Shown: one piece after another, positions 10,490 to 19,137 of the stretch
Position numbering within the stretch: position 1 is the stretch's first letter
Layout: each line of letters starts with the position of its first letter
NCBI GenBank assembly: GCA_051275055.1
Contig: JBNMOQ010000002.1
Location: forward strand, 2,056-66,055
Length of the DNA: 64,000 bases
Reading direction: 5' to 3'
From: Candidatus Pelagisphaera sp.
GTDB taxonomy: Bacteria; Verrucomicrobiota; Verrucomicrobiia; Opitutales; Opitutaceae
Made by a program: the position numbers and the translations under genes
The notes under the pieces: model-generated
Databases searched by the model: none
What the model was told of the DNA's origin: nothing
The model's input: the letters and a program-made list of their open reading frames with translations, nothing else

Positions 10490-11380
10490 TCACCCCGACA
10501 AAACAATACCTATCGCAAGCAAAGCGCTAAACACCAGCAAAAGCTTTGCTGAACGGGCCAGTAAATCATTCAAAGCAACTCCTTCAGTTTCACGTAGTTC
10601 CACGATCAGTTTCGTCCCGATCGGAATGGTCGCAAACGCCAGACAGGCCCAAAACGACTGCGTTATCCCCACATAAACGCTCAGGCTAAAATAAGCGCCG
10701 ATCAACTGCCACGTATACTGGGAGCGTGCAAAGCCTCTCCCGAGCCGCACCACCAAAGTCCGTTTTCCCGCAGCTTCATCCGTTTCCTTATCTCGATAAT
10801 TATTTACGACGAGAATATTATTGGCCAGCAAACCCAGCGGCAATCCGAGCAAGTACGTATTCCACGACAGTTCGCCTACAATCACATAGTAGGTTCCCAT
10901 CGTAGCGACCAAACCGAAGAACCCAATTACGAATACGTCTCCAAGACCGTGATACGCCAATGGATACGGCCCTCCCGTGTATGCATATCCAAATACAATC
11001 GCCAACACTCCGACGATCAACATCTCACTTCCACGGTAGGCGACCATGCTCAGACCGACACAAAAAGCCAAAAGAAACAAACCGATCGCCACTTTCAACA
11101 TCATTTCCGGAGCTATCTTTCCGCTCGCAACTAAACGTTCCGGACCGAGCCGATCCTTTGTGTCCGCCCCTCGTTTAAAATCGAAATGGTCGTTAGCCAG
11201 ATTTGTCGCAATTTGCACGAGCAAAGCGAAAGCCATACAAATGAACACTGGCCACGCTTCGAGAAGTCCCGTTCGCGAAGCCTCCGCCGTCCCAACCAAA
11301 ATAGGAGCAATCGCGGCCGGAAGAGTTTTCGGTCTCGCTGCAGCGATCCAGTTGGTCAGCGATCCGGTATCAAAACTCAT
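10490..11380 (-). CDS. menA: 1,4-dihydroxy-2-naphthoate polyprenyltransferase
   Basis: ARPKTL, NLANDHFDFKRGAD, YTGGPYPLAYHGLGD, NNYRD...GKRTL. Confidence 0.95.
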   Translation of the reverse strand: MSFDTGSLTNWIAAARPKTLPAAIAPILVGTAEASRTGLLEAWPVFICMAFALLVQIATNLANDHFDFKRGADTKDRLGPERLVASGKIAPEMMLKVAIGLFLLAFCVGLSMVAYRGSEMLIVGVLAIVFGYAYTGGPYPLAYHGLGDVFVIGFFGLVATMGTYYVIVGELSWNTYLLGLPLGLLANNILVVNNYRDKETDEAAGKRTLVVRLGRGFARSQYTWQLIGAYFSLSVYVGITQSFWACLAFATIPIGTKLIVELRETEGVALNDLLARSAKLLLVFSALLAIGIVLSG

Positions 11381-11477
11381 ACTTCAGTTCGAATCGAAGG
11401 AACTTCCCTCGGTCGATATCCGAGCAAAGCTAAAGCCAACGAAAACCGGAAGCTTAAAACGCGTTCAAAAAACAAAA

Positions 11478-11530
11478 GCACCACAGGCCTCCAGCCTGTT
11501 TTTCTCACCCAGACAAGATGCCTGCGCTAC
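11478..11530 (-). repeat. Degenerate REP-like doublet; its GTAG supplies the stop codon of the DUF1015 gene
   Basis: Minus strand GTAG-CG-CAGGC-atctt-GTCTG ... ACAGGC-tggag-GCCTGT; two short hairpins in inverted arrangement. Confidence 0.55.
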
Positions 11531-12867
11531 TGAATGCGGCGAGCTTCGAGATAAAAGCGTTTCTCTTCAGCTTCTCCCATCGAAAAAGTTTTCCTCGGCA
11601 ACGCTCCATCGAGCACCACGGTCTTGAACAACGCGCTCTTGCCTATCACAGGCAAAAAGAACCCGATATTTCCTGGTTTCGAACCGAGATCGACGACTAC
11701 GTCCTCGCCATGAATGTAATCCACGATCGAGTCCTTACCTTCTAGATAAGAATTGATGAACGCCTGCAGATTCCCGACCTCCAAATTGCGACTCGGATTA
11801 CTCAATCGAATGATCCCGTGCTCAGCTCCACTCACGAATGCTAACAAATGCTCTCCAGCCACATCTCCCAAAGATGCCAAGCGTTTTTTTGCCAATCCCA
11901 AGCTCTCGAAACGCTCAATAGCAACTGACGAACCCTCAGCTTCGAAGAACTGGCTGAGCTTCTCTTTCAAGTCCTCAGCATCGATATCGAAAACCACGCG
12001 GTGAATCGGTTCGAACTCCAAACCTTCATCGTGTACATTCATCAATTCGACCAATGCGTAACGCGCTGGATGATCCATCACCGAAGCAGGATCGCCTGAC
12101 TTGGATTTCAAATCTTCCCAAATGTTCTTAGCCGTCGCGAGCGAGTGATTCCCATCGCCCATCGCGAAAAGCAAAACGCCCTTTTCCGAAACGCCATACT
12201 TAGCATCGAAGACCTCTTGCTTGCTCAAAGCACTCAACGAATCGAATACGCCCTCGATATCCTCATCAGAATCAACACGCCAGCCTTTCACATGACCGCC
12301 TTCGGCCATCAACTCGAAATCATACAAAGGATCTAGTTTCTTTTCGAAAAGCGGTTCGATCACGGTTCGTTCCGGATCGTCGATTAGCACCATGATGTGA
12401 GGCAGCTCGATCTTCGCGTTCTCGCGGATCTTTACGCGCGGCGGGAGGCGATCTTCAATAGTCCCCTCGGTCGCGCGAATGAGGCTTTGAGAACCGACCT
12501 TATAGTCATACTTCTCCAAATCCAAAGCGACGACGATGCCTTTTCTGGATTCTGCGTGACTCGTTTTACGATCCAGCAAGATGAACCCAGGTCCCTGCTC
12601 TTCCAGAACTCCTCCCTCGAGGTATTCCTCCATCGCGGCATTAATTCGCCCAATGCGTTCGTCCCCGTCTGTCTCTTCGAGGTAAACCTCAGGAAACACT
12701 GCGTTCAGAGTAGAAGGACATCCTTTTACCAAGGATTCCACATCCGCCCAATACTCCGGCTGCGATGTATACTGATCGCAAGCCACGACAGCCCACTTGC
12801 TCAAATCCACTCCCTTACGAGGAAGCAAAATGTTGGGTACGCTCAGACCGATGTCTTCTCTATCCAT
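11527..12867 (-). CDS. DUF1015 family protein
   Basis: WAVVACDQYTSQ, IRATEGT...RLPPR, AMGDGNHSLATA, RKTFSMGEA. Confidence 0.88.
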   Translation of the reverse strand: MDREDIGLSVPNILLPRKGVDLSKWAVVACDQYTSQPEYWADVESLVKGCPSTLNAVFPEVYLEETDGDERIGRINAAMEEYLEGGVLEEQGPGFILLDRKTSHAESRKGIVVALDLEKYDYKVGSQSLIRATEGTIEDRLPPRVKIRENAKIELPHIMVLIDDPERTVIEPLFEKKLDPLYDFELMAEGGHVKGWRVDSDEDIEGVFDSLSALSKQEVFDAKYGVSEKGVLLFAMGDGNHSLATAKNIWEDLKSKSGDPASVMDHPARYALVELMNVHDEGLEFEPIHRVVFDIDAEDLKEKLSQFFEAEGSSVAIERFESLGLAKKRLASLGDVAGEHLLAFVSGAEHGIIRLSNPSRNLEVGNLQAFINSYLEGKDSIVDYIHGEDVVVDLGSKPGNIGFFLPVIGKSALFKTVVLDGALPRKTFSMGEAEEKRFYLEARRIQ

Positions 12868-12898
12868 GTTCTAGCCCTATTCTAAAAATTGCTGGTCG

Positions 12899-12937
12899 AA
12901 AAAAAAAGGCAATCTGAGTCAAAAAACTCATATTGCC
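12899..12937 (-). terminator. Intrinsic terminator of rpmJ-rpmE
   Basis: Minus strand GGCAAT-a-TGAGT loop ACTCA-g-ATTGCC followed by T9. Confidence 0.75.
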
Positions 12938-13016
12938 CTTATTAAATTGTATCTGCCGAATATCCGAAAATATCCAGCGGCCATCTGTCCTCGCAGCGTT
13001 CTCGAAACGAGAAAGC

Positions 13017-13265
13017 TTAGGCGCGGCGACGACGAAACTTGTTTTGGAATTTCTCGACGCGGCCAGCCGTATCGACGAAACGCTTTTCGCCCGTGTAAAC
13101 CGGGTGAGAGTCCATCGTGATGTCGCGGAATACTTTTACGTAATCAACGCCATCAACGGTGTCCGTCTGTCCTGTCTTAATCGTCGAGCGAGTCAGGAAC
13201 TTTCTTCCGGTCGAAACGTCGATAAACGCTGCCGGGTGATATTCTGGATGAATGCCTTGTTTCAC
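13017..13265 (-). CDS. rpmE2: 50S ribosomal protein L31, type B (zinc-free)
   Basis: MKQGIHPEY, SHPVYTG, GRVEKF; no CxxC; 82 aa. Confidence 0.95.
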   Translation of the reverse strand: MKQGIHPEYHPAAFIDVSTGRKFLTRSTIKTGQTDTVDGVDYVKVFRDITMDSHPVYTGEKRFVDTAGRVEKFQNKFRRRRA

Positions 13266-13284
13266 AGTCTAGAAAAGTAGATTA

Positions 13285-13410
13285 TTAGCCCTGGCGCGCT
13301 TTGAAGCGTGGGTTCGTTTTGCAGATCACGTAAATACGTCCTTTGCGACGTACAACTTGGCAGTCGGGATGACGCGTCTTTGCGGACTTGAGCGATGAGA
13401 CAACTTTCAT
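13285..13410 (-). CDS. rpmJ2: 50S ribosomal protein L36, type B (absent from ORF track)
   Basis: Translated by hand: [41 protein letters not shown]. Confidence 0.95.
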   Translation of the reverse strand: MKVVSSLKSAKTRHPDCQVVRRKGRIYVICKTNPRFKARQG

Positions 13411-13422
13411 AAGGGGCGATAA

Positions 13423-13449
13423 AAGATACGGCGCTCCACCCCCTGTCAA
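13423..13449 (-). promoter_or_regulatory. Candidate sigma70 promoter for rpmJ-rpmE
   Basis: TTGACA-N15-TATCTT just upstream of the rpmJ ATG; spacing is suboptimal. Confidence 0.35.
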
Positions 13450-13521
13450 TAACGCTTTTCCCGATTATTAAGTTTTTGGGCGATCAAACGCCGTCCCTGA
13501 CTGGCTTATCCAGTCAAAAAG

Positions 13522-14085
13522 CTAATTCCACTCAGGCAAATCCGGCGCCATCGACATCAACCCTAACTCCAAATTAATGTTCATTATCACATGACGCCAT
13601 AGCTCGTCCCCTTCCAAATGGGTCAAAGCATACCCATCCATATCCGAGACAACCCAGGCATTATCCGATAATTCGCCGGTTAACTGGTTTTTGTCCCAAC
13701 CGGAATACCCACGAAACGCCCGAAACCGCAAATCAGGATCCTCTAGTCGCTTTTCTTGAGCCTTGTTCGGATCCAAACCGAAATACAGACGAAACTCGTT
13801 AATGATCGGGTCTACCTTCCAGGCCGCCAGAATAACCCGATCCGCCGCAACGGGCCCTCCTATATATAGAGGCACGTCTTCCAATCCGAAATCAGCAAAC
13901 GAATCGTCCACTTCTCCAAGGTTCATTCCCGCGCTCCGATTAACTACCACGCCCACGGAGCCCTCATCTTCATGGGCCGTCATTAACACTACGCTACGCG
14001 CAAAATTGGGATCCTTTAAATGCGGGTGGGCCAGCATCAAGGATCCTGGGATTTCAAATTCGTCGTTATCGCCTTCCTGAAACAT
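13522..14085 (-). CDS. YqgE/AlgH family protein
   Basis: LAHPHLKDPNFARSVV, GVVVNR, GGPV, GYSGW..QL..EL..NAW. Confidence 0.92.
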   Translation of the reverse strand: MFQEGDNDEFEIPGSLMLAHPHLKDPNFARSVVLMTAHEDEGSVGVVVNRSAGMNLGEVDDSFADFGLEDVPLYIGGPVAADRVILAAWKVDPIINEFRLYFGLDPNKAQEKRLEDPDLRFRAFRGYSGWDKNQLTGELSDNAWVVSDMDGYALTHLEGDELWRHVIMNINLELGLMSMAPDLPEWN

Positions 14086-14215
14086 TTTTGAAAATCAATT
14101 CGTTAACCTCCACAAGAAACTTAGCGGCCCTACGCCGCAACCCAAGAAATGAAAAGCCGCCTTCGCAACCGGATAAAAGATCGACTCCAAGCGCTTCGCC
14201 AAATTGATTTCTACC

Positions 14216-14971
14216 ATGGCACACCTCGAAGATATCGTTTCATTCTGCGACCAACGCGCTCGGACTCATGAAGTAGTCGACTTCCGCGAAGCCCTTAACG
14301 GCCTTCAATTCGCAAACAACGGCCAAATCTCAAAAATTGGAGCCGCAGTCGACGCTGGCCTCATTCCTTTTCAAAAAGCAATCGATGCGGGAATCGAGCT
14401 GCTCATCGTACACCACGGAATGTTCTGGAACGGCTCCAAACGAATTATTGGCAGTGAATACGAAAAAACCAAAACCCTCATCGACGGAAATCTCGCCGTC
14501 TACTCCTGCCACCTACCCCTTGACGCCCACACGGAAATCGGTAACGCCGCCTGCCTCGCCCGTGCGATCGATGCTCCCCAAAACGGAACCTTCCTTCCCT
14601 ACGAAGGCACAGACCTCGGATTGATCTGCGATTGGTCCCAAGATCGAGCCAAGCTCAACGCCGTGCTCCAATCGACTTTCGGTTCGAAAATAGCCTGCAT
14701 GGAATTCGGCTCCGCAGATCCAAGCAAAATCTGCATCGTTACCGGTAGCGGCAACAGCGTAGTCGACCACATCAAAGCCACCGGAGCTGACACCCTAATC
14801 ACCGGCGAGCTTAAGCAACACTTCTACACGGTAGCCCAAGAAGAAGGTCTAAATCTCTACGCCTGCGGCCACTACGCCACCGAAACCTTCGGAGTCGACG
14901 CGCTCGCCAAAGAAGCCGCAGCCAAATTCGGTATCCCCTACGAATTCATCAAAACCGATTGCCCTTTATAA
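14216..14971 (+). CDS. Nif3-like dinuclear metal centre protein
   Basis: NGLQ, HHGMFW, HLPLDAH..IGN, TGE, GHYATE; ATG chosen at 14216. Confidence 0.95.
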   Translation: MAHLEDIVSFCDQRARTHEVVDFREALNGLQFANNGQISKIGAAVDAGLIPFQKAIDAGIELLIVHHGMFWNGSKRIIGSEYEKTKTLIDGNLAVYSCHLPLDAHTEIGNAACLARAIDAPQNGTFLPYEGTDLGLICDWSQDRAKLNAVLQSTFGSKIACMEFGSADPSKICIVTGSGNSVVDHIKATGADTLITGELKQHFYTVAQEEGLNLYACGHYATETFGVDALAKEAAAKFGIPYEFIKTDCPL

Positions 14972-15012
14972 AAGGGCCTCTCGGGCGCACCCATTTCCTC
15001 AACGGTAACATG

Positions 15013-15037
15013 GTAGGGTTGCTCGTCCCGAGCAACC
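15013..15037 (+). repeat. REP-like palindrome
   Basis: GTAG followed by a perfect 9-bp stem GGTTGCTCG-tcc-CGAGCAACC. Confidence 0.65.
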
Positions 15038-15217
15038 GCGGCAGTAAACGCAACTTCCACGGCTGCTCGGTCCCAACGATCCGCTAGGTTCCTATCCGAT
15101 TGAATACGGCGAGTTGAACACAAGCAGCCTCAAAACTGATACCTTAAAACGCCCACTCTTTAGTTTCCTCAATCTTCGCTATTGCTTCCAACCGAAGCGC
15201 TTAGTAGAAAATCACGC

Positions 15218-15640
15218 ATGAAACGTATCGCAGTATTGAACGGCCCAAATTTGAATCGCCTCGGTAAACGCGAGCCAGAAATATACGGGACTCGAACGCT
15301 CGAAGACTTGGCCAACGATTTGCGTGAAGAATTTCCGAACATCGACTTCGATTTCTACCAATCCAATCACGAAGGAGCGCTCATAGATCGAATATCGCAA
15401 ATAGCCGAATCGGATTGCCACGGCATCATTTTCAATCCCGGAGCCTTTGCGCACACGAGCGTCGCATTACGCGATGCAATCAGCGGCTGCGAGATCACCA
15501 CGATAGAAGTGCACATCAGCAACATTCACGCCCGCGAACGCTTTCGTCACCACTCCCACACAGCTGCGGTATCCAAAGGCGTCATCACCGGCCTAGGCCT
15601 GCAAGGCTACTCCCTAGCTACGCAAGCGCTTCTCGCGTAA
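15218..15640 (+). CDS. aroQ: Type II 3-dehydroquinate dehydratase
   Basis: LNGPNLNRLGKREPEIYG, QSNHEG, NPGAFAHTS, EVHISNIHARE.FRH. Confidence 0.97.
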   Translation: MKRIAVLNGPNLNRLGKREPEIYGTRTLEDLANDLREEFPNIDFDFYQSNHEGALIDRISQIAESDCHGIIFNPGAFAHTSVALRDAISGCEITTIEVHISNIHARERFRHHSHTAAVSKGVITGLGLQGYSLATQALLA

Positions 15641-15693
15641 CATGGGCCAGGTCTCCTTAATTCAAATTAGTTGAATCAGCCTTAGGCCTATTA

Positions 15694-15770
15694 GGTAGCG
15701 CAACGACGTCCCGACGTGCCGCAATGCAATGATCTTCTTATGCGGTACGCCGGAACGTCATTGCCCTACC
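15694..15770. repeat. REP doublet (REPIN-like), 30-bp inverted arms
   Basis: GGTAGCGCAACGACGTCCCGACGTGCCGCA versus reverse complement of right arm GGTAGGGCAATGACGTTCCGGCGTACCGCA (25/30). Confidence 0.75.
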
Positions 15771-15853
15771 ATTTGACTAAGCAGAGTTAGAGGCTGTTAA
15801 ACTAGATTATTCCACAGCAATGGGTCATTGTGCAAAAAGCCCCAGCAAGTAAT

Positions 15854-15943
15854 TGTAGGAGCGGGTTTACCCCGCGATTAACCCTAACCGACGAAAATCA
15901 AGTAGACCATCGCGAGATAAACCCGCTCCTACAGTTTCGAGAT
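15854..15943. repeat. REP doublet, TGTAGGAGCGGGTTTA family, copy 1
   Basis: TGTAGGAGCGGGTTTA ... TAAACCCGCTCCTACA; near-identical to 20202-20283 including the GTTTCGAGA tail. Confidence 0.9.
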
Positions 15944-16051
15944 AATACAAATCCGGAACCAGAGCCTTCTTCTTACTCTAAAAACCCGCTGTATCGGAAA
16001 AACTAAGACAGGCCAATTTCGCAAAGCCTACCAACCAATTCCACCAAAGAT

Positions 16052-16075
16052 AAGGGCGGCTGTTTTGCCGCCCTT
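16052..16075. repeat. Perfect 9-bp stem-loop
   Basis: AAGGGCGGC-tgtttt-GCCGCCCTT. Confidence 0.5.
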
Positions 16076-16303
16076 TGACGCTATCAACCCCTGGATAATC
16101 TTTCGAGAAGCGCCAGGCACCGCGTCTTTAAATCTAATACATTTACGGTACTAAAAATCGCCGTTTGGTCAATCCTCAACGAACAAAAAACACGCGATTA
16201 TCGACGATTAAATCTCCCCTATTAGAGCCTCTGATAAAGCGGTTCTCAAGTCTTCACGGAACCTAATAAAAAGACGGCAATACAACTCGGCATCCCCGTA
16301 AAC

Positions 16304-16333
16304 GTTAGGGCGGACATCACCGATGTCCGCAGC
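16304..16333 (+). repeat. Variant of the RAYT-associated REP
   Basis: GTTAGGGCGGACATCACCGATGTCCGCAGC aligns with GTAGGGCGGCATCGCCGAGGCCGCAGC, and the stem is preserved. Confidence 0.6.
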
Positions 16334-16693
16334 CCAACAAATCCCAACAACCAATCCTAAAACGAGAAAGACCCGGCGGTCCCACATCCGCCGGGCCAAG
16401 CAACGACTCAGTTTTTGGAATTTAATCCAAATTAAAGCTAATTCGCTAAACCAAATTTTTCTCTTCCCGTTGAGATCTTGCGATCTCGACTGTGCCAATA
16501 GTTTATCAAATCCATTCGATTAAAACAATCCGTGATGCATACCGAATTTCACGCGGATTTCCGCAGAACCAATGAGCAATCCCCCCATTTCGCTTGTTCC
16601 AGATCAATATTTGGCGGTTTCGGAGATTTCTACGCTGTTTTTCCAGAAATTGAATGGACAGAACCCCGTTAAGGTCTAAAAACCGTTTTCGTT

Positions 16694-16951
16694 ATGTCTA
16701 AAGCATCTAGTGGTTATAAAGTGACGGCAAAATCTGCAGTGATCGATGTCGTGATCACAGCAATCGTTTGGGTACTCTTCACCCTGGTTTTCCGATCGCA
16801 CGTGATGAGCTACAATCCGACCACGGTATTGTTCTGGGCCGGATTTACTGCGATTCCCGCAGCTACTACTTTCTGGCTTTGCTTGCAGATGTTCAAAGTG
16901 ACCTTCAAGCACCAGCAATTGGTGAAACAAGAAAAAGCCGACAAGAAATAG
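16694..16951 (+). CDS. Small two-TM membrane protein
   Basis: 85-aa ORF with two hydrophobic helices and a basic tail. Confidence 0.75.
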   Translation: MSKASSGYKVTAKSAVIDVVITAIVWVLFTLVFRSHVMSYNPTTVLFWAGFTAIPAATTFWLCLQMFKVTFKHQQLVKQEKADKK

Positions 16952-17009
16952 AGCAGCGCTCTTTTCTCTGCTTTTCAAATCGCTCAGGCCCTACGCCTGC
17001 AATCAACGA

Positions 17010-17765
17010 TCAAAAACCGAATTCGACCTGTGGGTCCTCGGATTTCGCCTCGAGAATCTTTCTCAGGAAAAGGCTGCGGTGAACCGGAGTCGGTCCCACC
17101 TCTATAATAGCCTCCCGATGCGTTGCTGTAGCATACCCCTTGCTCGATCCAAAATCATACCTCGGATACTCACAGTCCAACGCTAGCATAGTCCGATCGC
17201 GAGCAACCTTGGCGATAATCGACCCCATCGCGATACACAGCGAACGCGAATCGCCTTTAACGAAAGCCTTATGAGGATAGCCCAATTGCTTCATTGGTTT
17301 CCCATCCACGAAGATCTTCCAATGCGAAAGATTATCCTGAGTGTCAGATTCGTCCTCTTCATCCGCGAATAAAGGATCAGGTTCGTGCGGCGAAATTCCT
17401 GCTCCTTCGAAAATCTGCTCAACTGCTCGACGCATCGCCACCTGAGTAGCTCCGAGAATATTCAGATCCTCAATCTCAGCTACGGATCCCCAACCCACTC
17501 CTATAAAAACGCGACCCTTGCGCTCTAACCAGCGAAGCTTTTCGTAGAGATCCTCGCGCTCATCTTTGCTCAACAATTTCGAATCATTGATCCGCGACGC
17601 GTTACGCCTGCACCATTCGCTATCATAGAATTCCTTCGGCGCCGCCACTGCAGCCGCCACGACCGGCCCTGCCAGAGCTCCTCGCCCCGCTTCGTCCACG
17701 CCGATCAAACCCTTCAGCCCTTTCATTCGGCCGCGATCAAAAGCTCTAAGACGCTTGGACTTCAT
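17010..17765 (-). CDS. rnhB: Ribonuclease HII
   Basis: GVDEAGRGALAGPV, DSK, KGD, SIIAKVARD, GY.T..H...I...GP..VHR. Confidence 0.96.
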   Translation of the reverse strand: MKSKRLRAFDRGRMKGLKGLIGVDEAGRGALAGPVVAAAVAAPKEFYDSEWCRRNASRINDSKLLSKDEREDLYEKLRWLERKGRVFIGVGWGSVAEIEDLNILGATQVAMRRAVEQIFEGAGISPHEPDPLFADEEDESDTQDNLSHWKIFVDGKPMKQLGYPHKAFVKGDSRSLCIAMGSIIAKVARDRTMLALDCEYPRYDFGSSKGYATATHREAIIEVGPTPVHRSLFLRKILEAKSEDPQVEFGF

Positions 17766-17790
17766 TCAGTAAGTACGATTAAGAACCCGA

Positions 17791-18798
17791 CTACTTCCGC
17801 TTCCATTCCTTCTTCGCAGCCGGCGGCTTCAAAGGCAGACGATCCAACATTCCCGCGTCCGACACCACCTCGTAAGCGGTTCGAAAATGCAGCTTTGCGA
17901 AATCGCGAAACGCACCCGGTCCAAATTTCTCGAGAATCTCCGTGGCTTGCTCCTTTACCATGGAGCTCGCTCCTTTCTTAAGCGTATCGCCAAATCGCTT
18001 CGACAATGAGTCCATATAACGCACGTACGCAGCTCGAGCCACTACTGAAGCCGCAGCCACCACAGGATCCGCTTCCGCCTTGGTCTCCATGCGCAGGTCG
18101 AAGTCAGAGTCCTTGAAATACCGCCCGACCAAATCCTGCTTGCTAAATTGGTCCAACATTCCCCAAGGCGCTCGCTTTTTCTTTAAAGCAGCCTTCAAGC
18201 TATTCGCGTGCTGCCACGCCAAGAGCAAATTCAAGTTCGCCCGTGGTTTGCCCATGAGCTCGTTATACTTGCTCATCCCGCAAAAACAGGTTTCGACAGC
18301 GACGCCCCTCGTAGCCCGGATGATCTGATCCAACTTAAGGATACGTCCATCCGTGATTTTCTTAGAGTCACGTATTCCTTCCTTCACCCACCCGTCGATC
18401 TGCGGTTTATCCGCAATAACGCAGGCCGTTACGATCGGGCCAAAAAGATCACCCTTGCCGCTTTCGTCCATTCCTGCGTGAAGCTCGAACCACTCCGGGT
18501 GATAAATCTCATCGTATCCAAACCGCGCCTCGCCCAGCACCTCAGGCTCAAGAGTGTTGATTACGAACTCCTCCATCTCCCTGCCCTGAACGACCAGCTT
18601 GCCACTCTTATAGCCGACAACATTCACCTTATTCCCCTTGTACGCGAAACGGGCATATTCCACATCATAAGGTTCCCAGCTCTTCATTTCGCAGATGTTT
18701 CCCAATTTCTCCATCTGCTCCTCCGAGAGCTTATTCGTATACAACGTTTTCTTCTTCGGCTCCTCAGGAAGCTCGGTCTGCTTTTTGCGTTTGGCCAT
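17791..18798 (-). CDS. rnhC: Ribonuclease HIII
   Basis: N-terminal TBP-like region (YKSGKLVVQG), GMDESGKGDLFGP, DSKK, DQF, VAAASVVAR. Confidence 0.93.
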   Translation of the reverse strand: MAKRKKQTELPEEPKKKTLYTNKLSEEQMEKLGNICEMKSWEPYDVEYARFAYKGNKVNVVGYKSGKLVVQGREMEEFVINTLEPEVLGEARFGYDEIYHPEWFELHAGMDESGKGDLFGPIVTACVIADKPQIDGWVKEGIRDSKKITDGRILKLDQIIRATRGVAVETCFCGMSKYNELMGKPRANLNLLLAWQHANSLKAALKKKRAPWGMLDQFSKQDLVGRYFKDSDFDLRMETKAEADPVVAAASVVARAAYVRYMDSLSKRFGDTLKKGASSMVKEQATEILEKFGPGAFRDFAKLHFRTAYEVVSDAGMLDRLPLKPPAAKKEWKRK

Positions 18799-19137
18799 TT
18801 ATGCGAATTTGAAGCGAACGTTACAAAGCGCCCCCAGGAAAGGAAACCTAAAAAATGATGGATATCCACCCCCATCCCCCAAGGGGCCAACCACTCCCAC
18901 ACCTCCTCTCATTTCGCTGCCAAAAAAAATGGTAAGGCTAGTTTTTTTGGCAGATACGGATTCGCTTGGACTGCTTTCTCGTAGAGAGCTCCAATTCCAG
19001 GTATTCGAGAAAATTGTTTGCGACAGAAAGAAACCCTCCTTCCTCCATTCCATGCCTCGATCAAGGACTCCGTCAAATCGCCCAATTTTAACATGGCTCC
19101 TCCTATCCAAAACGGTTCCAATTCGACCACTTTTCAA

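Noticed and set aside
13498-13520. Hairpin GACTGG/CCAGTC after yqgE as a terminator
   Set aside because: The T run lies before the stem on the coding strand, so it is not a canonical intrinsic terminator
16208-16498. 96-aa minus-strand ORF with a hydrophobic stretch
   Set aside because: Runs through palindromic REP-like elements and has no family motif; probably spurious
18909-19130. 73-aa minus-strand ORF containing IPGIG (HhH-like)
   Set aside because: Single short motif; lies in the divergent promoter region and overlaps an inverted repeat
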